This document shows positions 61,341 to 64,000 of a stretch of 64,000 nt of DNA, piece by piece (the first letter of the stretch is position 1; each line of letters starts with the position of its first letter). The position numbers and the translations under genes are program-made. Source of the DNA: Monocercomonoides exilis PA203 (Eukaryota; Protista; Preaxostyla); NCBI GenBank assembly GCA_001643675.2, contig LSRY02000014.1:1736001-1800000 (forward strand). Direction: 5' to 3'. The notes beneath the pieces were generated by a model. It was given only the letters and a program-made list of their open reading frames with translations, was not told where the DNA came from and did no database searches.

Positions 61341-62530
61341 AAAACAAAAAATGAAATAAAAAAATAAATAACAATGTAATGGGTACTTTTTTTATTAATA
61401 TGGTCCAACAAATGTTTCATAATGATTATGCAAATAAAATAATTGCACTGATGTCATTAGCAACGAAATTGCAAATACGTCTTTTAAATTACATAAAAAT
61501 TTGTGTTTATCCGCTGTGATGAAAACTTATTTATAACAAATAACTCCATCATCCATTAAAAAATTTTCAAAAGTTTTTTCCATCCAATTGGATGATATTT
61601 TTTGAAGAAACAAGTTTCTGAAATTTTAAATTTTAAAAAATTCCACTTTTAATTTATAATTTTTATTTTTTTTTCCGCAAAAAAAAAAGGACTATTTAAA
61701 TTAGCCTTTTTGTTTGATAGAATATTTTACTCTTTGAGCAGTATTTTTCAAATAAAAATTTTGAAATTATCAATTTGGAACTATTTTCGGTTTGAAATTC
61801 ACATATTAATTCGTTTTTGAAGACAGGATGGATCAGTATTTTTGTTTTTTTTTTTTTTTTTTTTTTGAAATGCATGTATTGTTTTATTTTCATTTTCACC
61901 TGAAAATTGAGCAAAAGTGATTATTCAAAAGAAACATGCCAAATATTACAACTTTTGAAAAAGTCTAATTTGAATGATTTTCAGTCCAAATCCATATTGG
62001 TGTCAAGAAATAAAATTTTGATATCAATCACTCGAAATTTTCTTCGAAGCTCAGCAATAGTAACTTATCTTTCCATTATGAAACAGCTTGAATTGCTGAA
62101 AAATATAATGATTCAAAAGCTAAAATTGAAAAAAAAATTGTCAAAATTTGTAAAACATCAGAATGATGGTTTTCATTTTTCTAAAAAGTACAAAGCAATT
62201 TAAAACAAAAAACAACATACATTCATTAAAGAAATGTTCACTACAAATAATTATTATTTTTTTCACAAAGAAATAAACATGGTGCATAATTCTAACTTTT
62301 CGAATAAAATCACATTTTAATCTAATTGGCAAATTCGCGTTATATCGGACATTGAGAAATTGATTTTTATGTGTATAGAAATGTTTATTAACTATATATA
62401 TCAATGTTTTGGATATTAAAAAAGCGTGGAAGTTTGTCAAAATCGAGTTTTTAATTTTTCTTATTTTAAAAAAAAAATGATAGTGGTACAATGATAAAAA
62501 ATTGAAAAATTGAAAAATTATAAATTGTAA

Positions 62531-63850
62531 TTATTTATCCACCCATTTCGATGCATCAGCACCATCAGATAATCCCAAGCTGTCTAAATTTTTTTGAAAA
62601 GTTCCTTTTGTTAGATTTTCAAATAATATAATAATTTCATGTTTCGATCAAATTTCTGTTCCCACTCACTAAATTTCTCTGTCATGAAAGTTAAATCTTG
62701 ATATTGATTTTATATTCATTCTCATGAAATCTGGTGACTGAAAACAAAAATTTGATCGAAATATGAAATTTTTATTCAATTTTTAAATTAAACGAAAGGA
62801 ACTTTACAAAAAAATTTAAACAGCTGTCTGTTGATTCATCTTTTTTCTCATTGGAAGATTCTGAAAAATCAAAATCATCAATATCTGGAATATTTTCATA
62901 TGTTAATTCGTCGTCTGCTTCTTCATACTGTTCTTCCAGAATTTGTTCTTCGATTTCCTCTTCCTTTCTGTAAACGATCATGTGTACAAAATCTTGAAAA
63001 GAGAGTTGTTTTGTATTTTTCACCATCCAAAATGCTAGATAATCTTCCAAAAACCGTTCTCTGACACCATGTTTTGGGAAAAACCCCGCAAATGCGACCA
63101 CATACCCTCTATCGTGTTTGTACAAGCTCCGCTCAGAGGATTTTCAAAATTTCTCTTATGACAGACTGTTTTATGAATGTATCCGAATGCTTCCAGTGAT
63201 GAATAGGCTTTCCATTCATCACTCATGATAGTTGTGCCTGGCAAAATGTGCTGTCTGATTATCGGAAGAAGAGTTTTTGCAGATCTGTCAGAAACAATAT
63301 TGATGAATTTCTTCTTAATTTCTTTTTTATTTTCTGTCCTTTCTATCCCACCGAAAATCCAAATTTGCTTTTTCTTTCTCCCCCTTTTATATTTTCTTCG
63401 TCTCCATTCGCACTCATCAATCTCTACAATAACCCCATCACCTCACAGTTTGATTGGATTGTTGTTGATAAAATCCATGCTAGCACTTATTAACACACAG
63501 CTCCAGTAGCCAACAACTGAATCATGCAAATCAAGCATTTTTTGGATGTTTGATTGCGAAATCCCAAGCCAAAGAAACAAGATGATGAGTTAAAACTTAT
63601 TTATTCCACACTTTGAATTCTCCAAATTAGTTCCTTTGTACACTGATTTTTTTGTTGCACATTTTCTACATGTCCAATACCTATAATTTGCTCCTTCTTT
63701 CACCAAAACCTTCTTTTTCTTATGAATTCTGCAATCTGGACTTTTGTCTTCCAGAATGTGATGAAAAAACAAATCCCATGCTGTTTCTTCTTTTATAAAT
63801 GTACAAATTTTACTGAATACAGAATATTTCTTTTCCCTTGGGTATGCCAT
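62531..63850 (-). mobile_element. Merlin / IS1595 (ISXO2-like) DDE transposase pseudogene, copy 2, interrupted by a MITE
   Basis: N-terminal C..H..CxxC Zn-ribbon-like segment, then IVEIDECEW, WIFGGIER, TIMSDEWKAY and TNTIEGMW. In-frame stops and a frameshift are present. The C-terminus DSLGLSDGADASKWVDK* resumes at 62585-62531 and matches copy 1 (SSLSVTDGANTSEWTDDE*). Confidence 0.9.
62582..62821. mobile_element. 240-bp fold-back MITE flanked by duplicated AGCT
   Basis: ~110-bp arms are imperfect reverse complements. AGCT is present at 62578-62581 and 62822-62825. Removing the element plus one AGCT restores the transposase frame (DESTDSLGLS). Confidence 0.88.
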
Positions 63851-64000
63851 TTTTGATCATTGTTTGTTTTTCAATAACCCTAAATAGGAACATACCCATA
63901 AATTGTAATATTTTCGAAACATTTTTTAATTTTTAACAAAACGTTTTCCGCGCCTTAAAACTATTTTTAAAATGAATTAGATACACATTTAAGTATATCA

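Noticed and set aside
1-64000. CRISPR arrays, rRNA/tRNA genes, telomeric repeats, bacterial operons
   Set aside because: No regularly spaced repeat-spacer array, recognisable structural RNA or telomere motif was seen by eye. Spliceosomal introns indicate a eukaryote. A tRNAscan/Infernal run would be needed to exclude small RNAs.

Overview
AT-rich eukaryotic (protist) genomic DNA with short GT-AG introns. The gene families and style resemble the oxymonad Monocercomonoides (inference, not verified). Main contents: (1) Two members of a giant single-pass receptor-like family: signal peptide, 4-5 tandem ~350-430 aa Cys-capped beta-helix-like modules, a TM helix and a degenerate TKL-type pseudokinase. 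One is intact (45182-54265); the other is disrupted (3178-11077). Their ectodomains are diverged, but ~1.9 kb of 3' sequence, including non-coding flank, is nearly identical. (2) A 13.5-25 kb zone of decayed ectodomain fragments of the same family on both strands. Two of these lie inside non-autonomous TIR elements (17114-23172; 23211-26393 with 16-bp perfect TIRs and an 8-bp TSD). (3) Five copies of an intron-containing helical 'KEVEMALLALSNI' family. Two of them share an apparently perfect 1406-bp inverted duplication with different 3' ends, flanking a GT32-like glycosyltransferase. (4) Two dead Merlin/IS1595-type transposases, one interrupted by a fold-back MITE, plus two further MITEs. (5) A ~510-bp GAA tract and a large Ser-rich multi-exon gene. 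No rRNA, tRNA or CRISPR was recognised. The best candidate for an undescribed system is a variable-ectodomain/constant-tail receptor family with a transposon-borne pool of ectodomain cassettes. All alignments were made by eye.
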